DNA of 43,536 nt from an uncultured Candidatus Saccharibacteria bacterium (GTDB lineage Bacteria; Patescibacteriota; Minisyncoccia; Minisyncoccales; CAZJYT01): NCBI GenBank assembly GCA_964550325.1, contig CAZJYT010000002.1:1-43536 (forward strand), written 5' to 3'. The position numbers and the translations under genes were made by a program. Shown piece by piece: positions 9,253-16,908 of the stretch (position 1 is the stretch's first letter; every line of letters starts with the position of its first letter). Below the pieces are notes generated by a model that worked only from the letters and a program-made list of their open reading frames with translations, searched no databases and was not told the DNA's origin.

Positions 9253-9298
9253 TACTAATTCGTTACTAAATTGGTTAGTAAATGCATTTTATTTTTAG

Positions 9299-9385
9299 TG
9301 CGGATGGTGGGATTTGAACCCACACGCCCAAAAGCTGGGCATCAGCTCCTGAAGCTAACGCGTCTTCCAGTTCCGCCACATCCGC
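9299..9385 (-). tRNA. tRNA-Leu (anticodon CAG)
   Basis: The reverse complement GCGGATG...TTCAGGA...long variable arm...GGGTTCAAATCCCACCATCCGCA folds as a class II cloverleaf. The anticodon loop is UUCAGGA and no CCA is encoded. Confidence 0.9.
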
Positions 9386-9431
9386 ATTTTAATTTTTAAA
9401 TTAACTTAATTTTTGTTAAAATAATCTTGAT

Positions 9432-10562
9432 ATGAAAAAGGTAGTTCTACTTGGTTTTAAAGGAGATGCCTGTGGAAGGATTTATAATAAAATTCTGATT
9501 GATTTGGCAAAAAAGGGGAAAATCAATTTAACCTGTGTTGATATGGGACTGCCAGAAAATGTTTTGGGTGTACCTTCTTTGAAAGAAATGGAAGAATTGA
9601 TTAAATTTAGAAAACTTTCTTATTTAGACCTTTCTGATCCCTCTGAGAAAGAAATTTACCAAAGCCTCTCTGATATTGATGTGGTATTTGTAGTTACTCC
9701 TGACATTACTCATTCTCAGGTCACCAAAGATTTTTTAGGAAAAGCCAAAAGAATCTTTATTGAAAAACCTTTAGATGCCATTTTAAGAAATGTAAGAGTG
9801 TTAGAAGATTTTCCAAAGGCTAAAGAAACCATTTTTGGATACGATCATTATCTGGCGAAATTTTATCCATTTCAGGTAAAAACTGACCAATGGTTGAAAG
9901 AAAAGATCATTGGAGAGCTAAGAAAAATTGAATTTCGCCTTTTGGAACCTGGAAGAATCCCTTCTCATCGGATTAAGGCTTTGGATCGAGGGATGATTTA
10001 TGACTTCTTTCCCCATGGATTAGCTACCATTATTGCTGTCCCCAGCCCTTTTGCTTATCCTGATCCAAAACTTTTGAAAAAGGTTTCCCTACAAGAAGTA
10101 TTGGTGGCAAGATATGTTGGCTGTAAAATTAGTGGGGTTACCTTTGTAAAAATTAACTTTGAAATTCCTTGGAAAAATAAAATTTTTTGTGAGGCTATCA
10201 TTGGAAAGGGTATAGGGAAAGAATTTGAAAAAACCTTACGAATAATAGGAACTGAAGGAGAGATTTTTGTCAATATCCCGAATTTCTATTACTCTATTTT
10301 AGATAAAAATGGAAAAAAAGTCAAGGAAGATAAACTCTTACATGATTTTGCAAAAGAATTCATCTTCTCTGCCTTAGATTTCAAAAAGGGTATCTCCCAA
10401 ATTCCAGGGGCTTTACCATTTGAGTCAGCAAAAGAAATCCTTTATATATTAGATGAGGCAAGGTGGAAGAGTAAACCGGTAGGTAAGGCGCCTATTTACC
10501 GAGTTGGGGCTACTGTCTCTGAGGTAGAAAAAATTATTGAAGAAAGGCTCTCTAAGAGTTAA
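9432..10562 (+). CDS. Gfo/Idh/MocA-like NAD(P)-dependent oxidoreductase (tentative)
   Basis: The N-terminus is Rossmann-like, and VVFVVTPDITHSQV...IFIEKPL resembles the EKP motif region of this family. The C-terminal half is not recognisable. Confidence 0.5.
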   Translation: MKKVVLLGFKGDACGRIYNKILIDLAKKGKINLTCVDMGLPENVLGVPSLKEMEELIKFRKLSYLDLSDPSEKEIYQSLSDIDVVFVVTPDITHSQVTKDFLGKAKRIFIEKPLDAILRNVRVLEDFPKAKETIFGYDHYLAKFYPFQVKTDQWLKEKIIGELRKIEFRLLEPGRIPSHRIKALDRGMIYDFFPHGLATIIAVPSPFAYPDPKLLKKVSLQEVLVARYVGCKISGVTFVKINFEIPWKNKIFCEAIIGKGIGKEFEKTLRIIGTEGEIFVNIPNFYYSILDKNGKKVKEDKLLHDFAKEFIFSALDFKKGISQIPGALPFESAKEILYILDEARWKSKPVGKAPIYRVGATVSEVEKIIEERLSKS

Positions 10563-10568
10563 ATACAA

Positions 10569-11651
10569 TTAAGAATTAACTTTTATATTCTGTAAAATCC
10601 CTAAGGCTATAAAATTTGCGAGCAAATTTGAACCTCCATAACTTATAAAAGGCAGGGGAATTCCAATTACCGGAAGAAGACCTAAATTCATTCCAATATT
10701 AATAAATACCTGAAAAAACAAAAGGGCACAAAAGCCTCCCGCAAAAAGTTTTGGAAAATTCTCATTAGTAGAAAGGGCAATCTTCATTATCCTCCAAAAC
10801 AAGATTAAAAATAAAGCGAGGATTAAGAAAACCCCTATTAATCCCATTTCTTCAGCAATTACTGAAAAAATAAAATCTGTTGTGGGGGCGGTTAAAAATC
10901 CTAATTGGGTCTGGCCTCCTTTTTTAATTCCTTGACCAAAAATTCCTCCAGAACCGATAGCAATCTTTGATTGATTTTGACTCCATGAAACCCCCAAAGG
11001 ATCATAAGGAAATAAAAAAGCCAAGATTCTTTCTTTCTGATATTCTTTCAAGAAGGTGGACCAAGAGAAAATAAAGAGCAAGACAAATATTAGCATTAAT
11101 AATAAAAAGTGTTTTAATCTTATTCCAGAAAGAAACAAAATTACCAACCAAATCAGCACTATCACTATTACCTGACCCAAATCGGGCTGAAAAAAGATAA
11201 TGGCAGAAGGAAAAAAAACATAAATAGCTGAAACAAAAATATGCTTTGGTGTATACATTTCAATATGTTTGGAGGAGAAATATTTCGCCAAGAGCACTAT
11301 CAAGACAATCTTTAAAAATTCAGTAGGATTAAAGGTAAAACCTCCTGTTTTCAGCCAGGTATGAACTCCTCTTCTCTCTGGAAAAAAATAGGTAGAAATT
11401 AAAAGAAGACAAAAAAGGAAATAAAGGAACAAAATCAGATAGGGATTTTCTTTAAAATCTCGCCAATTAAAAAGACTGAGCAAAAAAAAGAGGAAGATAC
11501 CAAAGACAAAAAACAAAATTTCCTTTTTAAAATTTAAAAAATTGCCTTTTGAACTACTATAAATAGCTAAAAGCCCAATTCCTCCCAAAATAATTACAGA
11601 AAAAAACATTATCCAATCTATCTTTTTTAAAAAAGAGAGAATCCTTTTCAT
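10569..11651 (-). CDS. rodA: FtsW/RodA/SpoVE (SEDS) family peptidoglycan polymerase
   Basis: A multi-pass membrane protein with the conserved C-terminal block GLLPVIGIPLPFISYGGSN. I prefer the ATG at 11649-11651, which overlaps the upstream stop as ATGA, over the TTG used by the ORF track at 11663. Confidence 0.85.
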   Translation of the reverse strand: MKRILSFLKKIDWIMFFSVIILGGIGLLAIYSSSKGNFLNFKKEILFFVFGIFLFFLLSLFNWRDFKENPYLILFLYFLFCLLLISTYFFPERRGVHTWLKTGGFTFNPTEFLKIVLIVLLAKYFSSKHIEMYTPKHIFVSAIYVFFPSAIIFFQPDLGQVIVIVLIWLVILFLSGIRLKHFLLLMLIFVLLFIFSWSTFLKEYQKERILAFLFPYDPLGVSWSQNQSKIAIGSGGIFGQGIKKGGQTQLGFLTAPTTDFIFSVIAEEMGLIGVFLILALFLILFWRIMKIALSTNENFPKLFAGGFCALLFFQVFINIGMNLGLLPVIGIPLPFISYGGSNLLANFIALGILQNIKVNS

Positions 11652-12520
11652 TGTTGAAAACAATAAATATAAGCTGAGTTATGACAAATATTGCTACTAC
11701 TGCTCTCTGTCCAGTGTTTATCTGTTTTTAAGGTGGAAATTATTCCATAGTTAACTCCACCTCCACCTTTCCAATCATTACAACAATCGTTATTTTTATT
11801 TCCTGTCTGAGTGCCATCAAAATTGGTATTTGTAAATACCTTAGAATCATCTGAGATAGTGTTTCTGTCTTCATCTTTGTTTATCGGAGCTAAAATGTTT
11901 CCATCTGTAAGGTCTCTCCAGCCACGAGCTACTATTGTGCAATCTGTCCTAATATAAGGAAGGGAAGAGGTAGTAAATCTTTTTGCCGGAGCAGTGGAGG
12001 AGGAAGTGTCGGTAATCCAGGCTTTATAGGTACCTGGTAAACCGGCAGCACTTGCTCTATTCCGGCAAATGGTATCTGCGCCACTAATCCCACCTAAGTT
12101 ACCATTTGAAACCTGTGTAGCAAATACCATTTTATAAGAAAGACCCCTTCCCTCTATTGCCCGGGTAACGCCTCTGAATCTTCCCTGGCTTCTAAACAAA
12201 TGGCATTTTGGTACCTCCACTGAAAGTTCCCCTTTGCCTACCAGACTGGAGGTGGTAAAATTTAAGGGAAGCCCTTGGCAATTTGATAAACAAAAAGAGG
12301 GACAATTTTCTTGGTGACATTTAGAATTTAAATATAAAATATATTCCATCCCACTATCACCAACAAAAAAGGCAGAAAGGGAATTTTCTATCTCTTTTAA
12401 ACCAATTTTTTGAAAAATTAAGATGGAATTTAGTCCCAAAACTATAGCAAATAAAAGAGAAGTTATAATTATTACCAAATAAAGTGCGCTTCCTTTTTGA
12501 TTAAATATCTTTCTTTTCAT
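11648..12520 (-). CDS. PilX-like minor pilin fused to a Cys-rich endostatin/DUF1554-like (C-type-lectin-fold) domain
   Basis: The N-terminus KGSALYLVIIITSLLFAIVLGL resembles PilX. The C-terminal half has GNLGGISGADTICRNRASAAGLPGTYKAWI and ends NICHNSAYIYCFQQ. This parallels the endostatin/DUF1554 pattern RGADxxC...AGLxGxxxAxLS...CHHAYIVLC. Confidence 0.65.
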   Translation of the reverse strand: MKRKIFNQKGSALYLVIIITSLLFAIVLGLNSILIFQKIGLKEIENSLSAFFVGDSGMEYILYLNSKCHQENCPSFCLSNCQGLPLNFTTSSLVGKGELSVEVPKCHLFRSQGRFRGVTRAIEGRGLSYKMVFATQVSNGNLGGISGADTICRNRASAAGLPGTYKAWITDTSSSTAPAKRFTTSSLPYIRTDCTIVARGWRDLTDGNILAPINKDEDRNTISDDSKVFTNTNFDGTQTGNKNNDCCNDWKGGGGVNYGIISTLKTDKHWTESSSSNICHNSAYIYCFQQ

Positions 12521-13089
12521 TATCTCTCAAAATCTAAATTTCTTTGGGAAATGGTGGTTTGAATTCTCATTTTTGAGTTAGAGGTTCCTTTCTTTTTCAC
12601 TTCCAAAAATAATGTTATTTTGGGTTGAGAATAATCAGCAGGCGGTTGTTCTTCTCCAGAGATATAAATATTAAATTTTTCTACAAAGATATCGGGAGAG
12701 GTCAAAAATGCCTCTGATGTTGTCACTCCAGAAATAACCTTGATCTCCTTTAGCCTATGATTTTCTAGTCTAAATTCTTGGCACTCATTTTTATAATTTC
12801 TAAATCTCACCCCAGAAGGGGTAGCCTCATAGTTTACCTTATCTCCTGTTAAACAATCAACACCATTGATATCATCTTTTGTTGCCATTCTAATAGCCCG
12901 GCTCATATATTCCATTACATAAGAGAGCTCTCTAATTATTTGTTGGCTTGAGAGAACCTGGGTCTGGGTTTTAATTACAGAAATAAAAAGAGAGGTGGCA
13001 GTAACAATTATTATCGAAAAAATAAAAATAGAAACCATAACCTCTGATAAGGTAAAGGCTTTTTTTCTCTTTTGCTCTTTTTTGTTCAT
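12520..13089 (-). CDS. Prepilin-type N-terminal cleavage/methylation domain protein (minor pilin)
   Basis: KKAFTLSEVMVSIFIFSIIIV is a class III signal sequence. I prefer the ATG at 13087-13089 (ATGA overlap) over the TTG at 13098. Confidence 0.75.
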   Translation of the reverse strand: MNKKEQKRKKAFTLSEVMVSIFIFSIIIVTATSLFISVIKTQTQVLSSQQIIRELSYVMEYMSRAIRMATKDDINGVDCLTGDKVNYEATPSGVRFRNYKNECQEFRLENHRLKEIKVISGVTTSEAFLTSPDIFVEKFNIYISGEEQPPADYSQPKITLFLEVKKKGTSNSKMRIQTTISQRNLDFER

Positions 13090-13583
13090 TGAACCCAATT
13101 ATAAAGAAATTCTTCTACCTTTACCTGATGGTCTCCTCTTTTTTTCCAACTTACAATCACCGTCACTTTTATTTTATCAGTTGTGGGTCTCTCAATTTTT
13201 ATCTCTCTTTTAAAAATGCTAGGATTACCAGAAGAATAATTATAGAAGTTACCATCAAACAATAAGGAAGAGGTGGCGTAATCTGCTACTAAAGAGTGGC
13301 TCTGATAATCTGCTCCCCAGCTTCCTACAGCTAACCCTTTATCCCAACTCTCTCCTTCTATCCAATTAGTATCTCTAATATTTCTCACGATTTCAATTCC
13401 TTCTTGAGCTAAATAAAGAGCGGTTAATTTATAAAGAGAAAGCTCATTCCAAACAATAATTTGTTGATATAAGACTAAGACCCCAGTAATAATAACAGCG
13501 ATAAAGAATATCGCAGTTAAAATCTCAATAAGGGTAAAACCCTTTTCTTTATTTATTAAAAGATTCCTTATTCTACTCAGCAT
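13086..13583 (-). CDS. Prepilin-type minor pilin
   Basis: Contains KGFTLIEILTAIFFIAVIITGV (G-FTLIE cleavage/methylation motif). Confidence 0.75.
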   Translation of the reverse strand: MLSRIRNLLINKEKGFTLIEILTAIFFIAVIITGVLVLYQQIIVWNELSLYKLTALYLAQEGIEIVRNIRDTNWIEGESWDKGLAVGSWGADYQSHSLVADYATSSLLFDGNFYNYSSGNPSIFKREIKIERPTTDKIKVTVIVSWKKRGDHQVKVEEFLYNWVQ

Positions 13584-14088
13584 AAATTAAACCCGTAGGT
13601 AAAATTTTAATAGAAGTAGTAGAATTTTTGCTTTGGAGAATAATCTCTGCCAGGGTACTGGTTGTGTGGTTTACTTCAGTAATGGGATCAGGCGGCAAGA
13701 AAATAACAGTTAAGGGAGAGGAAGGAGAGAGAGAAGAAATTTTAACCTCCTTTTCAATTTCAACTTTCTTTATTTTCTCTGGGAAACCATTACAAGGGTT
13801 TCCAACTTTATCATAATCTCCGTCGCTATCACAGTCTGCAAATAGGGTGTACTCTGAATGGGAAAGATTAAAATACACCCCGTATCCGCGAGGAATTATT
13901 CCCCTAAATTCTTTAGTGGCAATAGCCATTTCTTGGACCCTTTTAATATCTTGAACTATTTTATTAGCGGTTCTTTGTAAATTTATTTTTACCTCTCCTT
14001 GTTTGTAGATTTGAAATGAAATTGAACTCATAACAGCAATTATCAAAACCACAAGGAGCATTTCAACAAGAGTAAAGCCTTTTTCCAT
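13573..14088 (-). CDS. Prepilin-type minor pilin (GspH/FimT-like)
   Basis: The N-terminus is MEKGFTLVEMLLVVLIIAVMSSI. It is the first gene of the minor-pilin/rodA operon. Confidence 0.75.
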   Translation of the reverse strand: MEKGFTLVEMLLVVLIIAVMSSISFQIYKQGEVKINLQRTANKIVQDIKRVQEMAIATKEFRGIIPRGYGVYFNLSHSEYTLFADCDSDGDYDKVGNPCNGFPEKIKKVEIEKEVKISSLSPSSPLTVIFLPPDPITEVNHTTSTLAEIILQSKNSTTSIKILPTGLIYAE

Positions 14089-14122
14089 AATCTTTACTAT
14101 ACTAAGTAATAATTTTTTTATC

Positions 14123-14283
14123 GAGGCATCTTATCTCGGGGAGCACGGAGTCGCCGTAAATACTGAAATAGGGAGTTTATTTCCCGGGCGCTCCTATACG
14201 TCGCCGAGCCTTACAAAGTTCCTACTGAAATACAATTTTCTACTGGGCTCGGCTGCGGTATGCTCCCCGAGACAAGATGCCTC
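14123..14283 (+). repeat. Structured GC-rich repeat, copy 3 (core; arms about 14092..14319)
   Basis: It has the same termini and interior as copies 1 and 2, and lies between the pilD stop and the minor-pilin start. Confidence 0.9.
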
Positions 14284-14323
14284 TCCTAATTTATTATCAA
14301 ATTGGTTAGTAAATATACAATAA

Positions 14324-15085
14324 TCAAAATAAATTCAAATACCATCCAAAAATCTTCTCACCAATGAAAACTGCAATTAAACCTCCTGTAACTAAGAAAG
14401 GTCCTAAAGGAAGTTCTGATCTTAAGGTCTTTTTCTTCAAAAGAATTAGCCCTATTCCTATTATAGCACCAAAGAAAAAGGAAAAAAAGAAGGCAATTAA
14501 AAAATTTGGAAATCCAGAGACTAAACCTATTAAGAATCCCAATTTTATATCTCCAAATCCTATCCATTTTCCTTGAGAGATAAAAAATATTAAAAAAAAG
14601 AAACCACTTATCATTACTCCACTTAAAAAGCTTAAGAGGAAATTGGGAGAAAGAAAAAGATTGAAAATTAAAGAAATAATGATGGGAGGATAAACTATCT
14701 TGTCGGGAATTAAGTAATATTTGGCATCAAAAACAAAGATTAAAATGAAAAAAGAGAAAATTATCCAATAATAAATTAGAGTAATAAAACCAAAAGAAGA
14801 AAACTTCTTAAAAGCTAAAAAGAACAAAATCCCGGTAATGAATTCAACAAAAGGATACCAAAAAGAAATTCTCTGGTGACAATATCTACATCTTCCCTTT
14901 AAATAAAAAAAACCAAATAAAGGGATTAGCTCTAAAAAGGAAAGGGGATGCTTGCAATGGGGACAAAAAGACCTTCCCCTAATAAAGCTTTTTTTTGTCT
15001 CTAATCTATAAATTACACAGTTTAAAAAAGAACCTATTAAAGTACCTAAAATAAAACTAAAGATAGTAAACACTATAAAAAACAC
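14324..15085 (-). CDS. pilD: Prepilin peptidase / N-methyltransferase (A24 family)
   Basis: Polytopic membrane protein with the CPHC...CRYC zinc motif and the GFGDIKLG aspartyl-protease motif. The apparent start is GTG (15083-15085). Confidence 0.85.
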   Translation of the reverse strand: MFFIVFTIFSFILGTLIGSFLNCVIYRLETKKSFIRGRSFCPHCKHPLSFLELIPLFGFFYLKGRCRYCHQRISFWYPFVEFITGILFFLAFKKFSSFGFITLIYYWIIFSFFILIFVFDAKYYLIPDKIVYPPIIISLIFNLFLSPNFLLSFLSGVMISGFFFLIFFISQGKWIGFGDIKLGFLIGLVSGFPNFLIAFFFSFFFGAIIGIGLILLKKKTLRSELPLGPFLVTGGLIAVFIGEKIFGWYLNLF

Positions 15086-15116
15086 CCAAGGCCAAGAAAA
15101 ACCTGACCTCAGGTGG
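15073..15116 (-). terminator. Intrinsic terminator/attenuator downstream of pilA
   Basis: In the minus-strand RNA, CACCUGAGG pairs with CCUUGGGUG (9 bp including two G.U pairs, 15-nt loop). A UUUUUUAU tract follows. Confidence 0.5.
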
Positions 15117-15135
15117 AAAGATTAAAAATTAAATC

Positions 15136-15594
15136 CTATTGACAAGTAGAAGTAGCGTCAGAACAGGGATTAGTAGTTGTTACTAAGGCGTTTCCATCAT
15201 CATCAATACAAAAGTAGTTTCCTCCTACTATTAACTTAGCTGAGGCACAAAAACTACTCGTAGCACTGTAGCAATTAATCTCATCAGTAGGTTGCTGGTT
15301 AAATATATCAGCTTCTAAGGTATTTAATTGATTTGCATAATCAGCACTCAAGTTAGCATCATCAGAAAATCCATCATTGGTAGTTTGACAGAAATACCGA
15401 TATCCCTCGCTTGGATAGTCGTCATAAATCAATTGAGCTATTGTTCTTGCCTGGCTCATTGCAGATTTAATTCTTGTATCTTTTGCTCTATCTGTCATAT
15501 TCCTCAAACTAATCAAGACAATGCTAGCTAAAATTCCAATAATGGCAATTACAACCAATAACTCAATTAAAGTAAAACCTCTATTTTTTCTCAT
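15136..15594 (-). CDS. pilA: Major type IV pilin
   Basis: The N-terminus MRKNRGFTLIELLVVIAIIGILASIVL is a canonical type IVa prepilin leader and helix. The C-terminal part is Cys-rich, and the gene has its own promoter and terminator. Confidence 0.85.
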   Translation of the reverse strand: MRKNRGFTLIELLVVIAIIGILASIVLISLRNMTDRAKDTRIKSAMSQARTIAQLIYDDYPSEGYRYFCQTTNDGFSDDANLSADYANQLNTLEADIFNQQPTDEINCYSATSSFCASAKLIVGGNYFCIDDDGNALVTTTNPCSDATSTCQ

Positions 15595-15653
15595 AATTAT
15601 TTTCTCTGAAAATATATCTTTTTTCGCTTCTCGACCTTTCTAATTTATTTTTT

Positions 15654-15683
15654 ATTATAGAAAAATAATTGTTTTTTTGTCAA
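15654..15683 (-). promoter_or_regulatory. Candidate pilA promoter (TTGACA-18-TATAAT)
   Basis: Consensus hexamers lie on the minus strand at 15678-15683 and 15654-15659, about 60 nt upstream of the pilA ATG. Confidence 0.5.
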
Positions 15684-15690
15684 GAAAAAA

Positions 15691-16899
15691 TTAAGGTCCC
15701 TGGCCCATCATTTTATAAATTGGAGTGATTACTGCTACTGCAAAAATCCCCACACCCACAGCAATAGTCGCTAACAAGAGGGGCTCTAACATTTTCAGAA
15801 AGGACTCTATTGCCCGATTTACTTCTTTCTGATAGAATTCAACTAAATGCATTAGGGTAGTATCTAAGGTTCCTGTTTTTTCTCCCACTAATATCATTTG
15901 GCCAAAAAGAGGAGGGAAAAGATTGGGAAAAGATTTAACTGCGGTATTTATTTGCTCTCCTCTTTTTACCTCTTCCTGAACAGCCAAAACAGCTTTTTTG
16001 TAAATTTCATTTCCTACAACCTCACTTGTAATTTCTAAAGAGGTAGTAATTGCTAAACCAGCGGAAACCAAAGTAGAAAGGTTCTCAGCAATTCTTGCTA
16101 AATAAATCTTTTTAAAAAATTCTTTTAAAAAAGGGATATTTAGACTAAGCCAACTAAATATTTTTTTTCCTTTAGGGGTGTTTTTAAAGGAAAGGGAGAG
16201 AACCAAAAAAGATAAAGAAAACAAAATTAAAATTTTTAATTTCTCTCTTATAAAGTCACCAATTGTAAATATTATCTTAGTAAGTAAAGGAAGCTCAACA
16301 TTACTTGATTCAAAAATTGCTTTAATCTGGGGAAGAATGAAAAATACCATTAAAGAAAAAATGGCAAGGGCAATAAATAAAATAAAGAGAGGATAAATCA
16401 TTGCTCCTTTTAATTTACCCATAAATTCATATTCTCTTTCAATATGATTAGCTAAATATTCTAAGGATTCAGAAAGCTTACCTGAAAGCTCTCCTGATTT
16501 TACAACCGCTATAATAAAAGGAGAAAATATATCTTGATGAGAAGAAAGAGCGATAGAAAGAGAATTACCTCCTTCTACCTCCTCCACTATTTTTAAAATC
16601 TTGCTTTTAAAATATTTATTTTTAATCTGCTCACCAACTGTTTCTAAGGCTTCTACCAAAGGAACCTTTGATTTAAACATTATTGTTAATTGACGGAAAA
16701 ATAAAACTAATTCTTTTTTTGATACCCCCCGAAAGAGAGAAATCTCTCTCATATAAAAAGGAGTAGACTTTTCTTCCAAAAAAGTAACATAAAGGTCGTA
16801 TTTTTGAAGTAAATCTAAAGCGGCTTCTTTAGAAGAGGCTTCAACTATTCCTTCCTTAAATTTCCCCTCTTTTGTTCTTGCCTGATAGACAAATTTCAT
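15691..16899 (-). CDS. pilC: Type IV pilus platform protein (GspF/PilC family)
   Basis: 402 aa with duplicated GspF domains and three TM segments. Confidence 0.85.
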   Translation of the reverse strand: MKFVYQARTKEGKFKEGIVEASSKEAALDLLQKYDLYVTFLEEKSTPFYMREISLFRGVSKKELVLFFRQLTIMFKSKVPLVEALETVGEQIKNKYFKSKILKIVEEVEGGNSLSIALSSHQDIFSPFIIAVVKSGELSGKLSESLEYLANHIEREYEFMGKLKGAMIYPLFILFIALAIFSLMVFFILPQIKAIFESSNVELPLLTKIIFTIGDFIREKLKILILFSLSFLVLSLSFKNTPKGKKIFSWLSLNIPFLKEFFKKIYLARIAENLSTLVSAGLAITTSLEITSEVVGNEIYKKAVLAVQEEVKRGEQINTAVKSFPNLFPPLFGQMILVGEKTGTLDTTLMHLVEFYQKEVNRAIESFLKMLEPLLLATIAVGVGIFAVAVITPIYKMMGQGP

Positions 16900-16908
16900 C
16901 TTTAATAA

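Noticed and set aside
11648-12520. Diversity-generating retroelement targeting the lectin-fold C-terminus of the pilin.
   Set aside because: I found no template repeat matching the 3' end of the gene anywhere in the window, and no reverse transcriptase.
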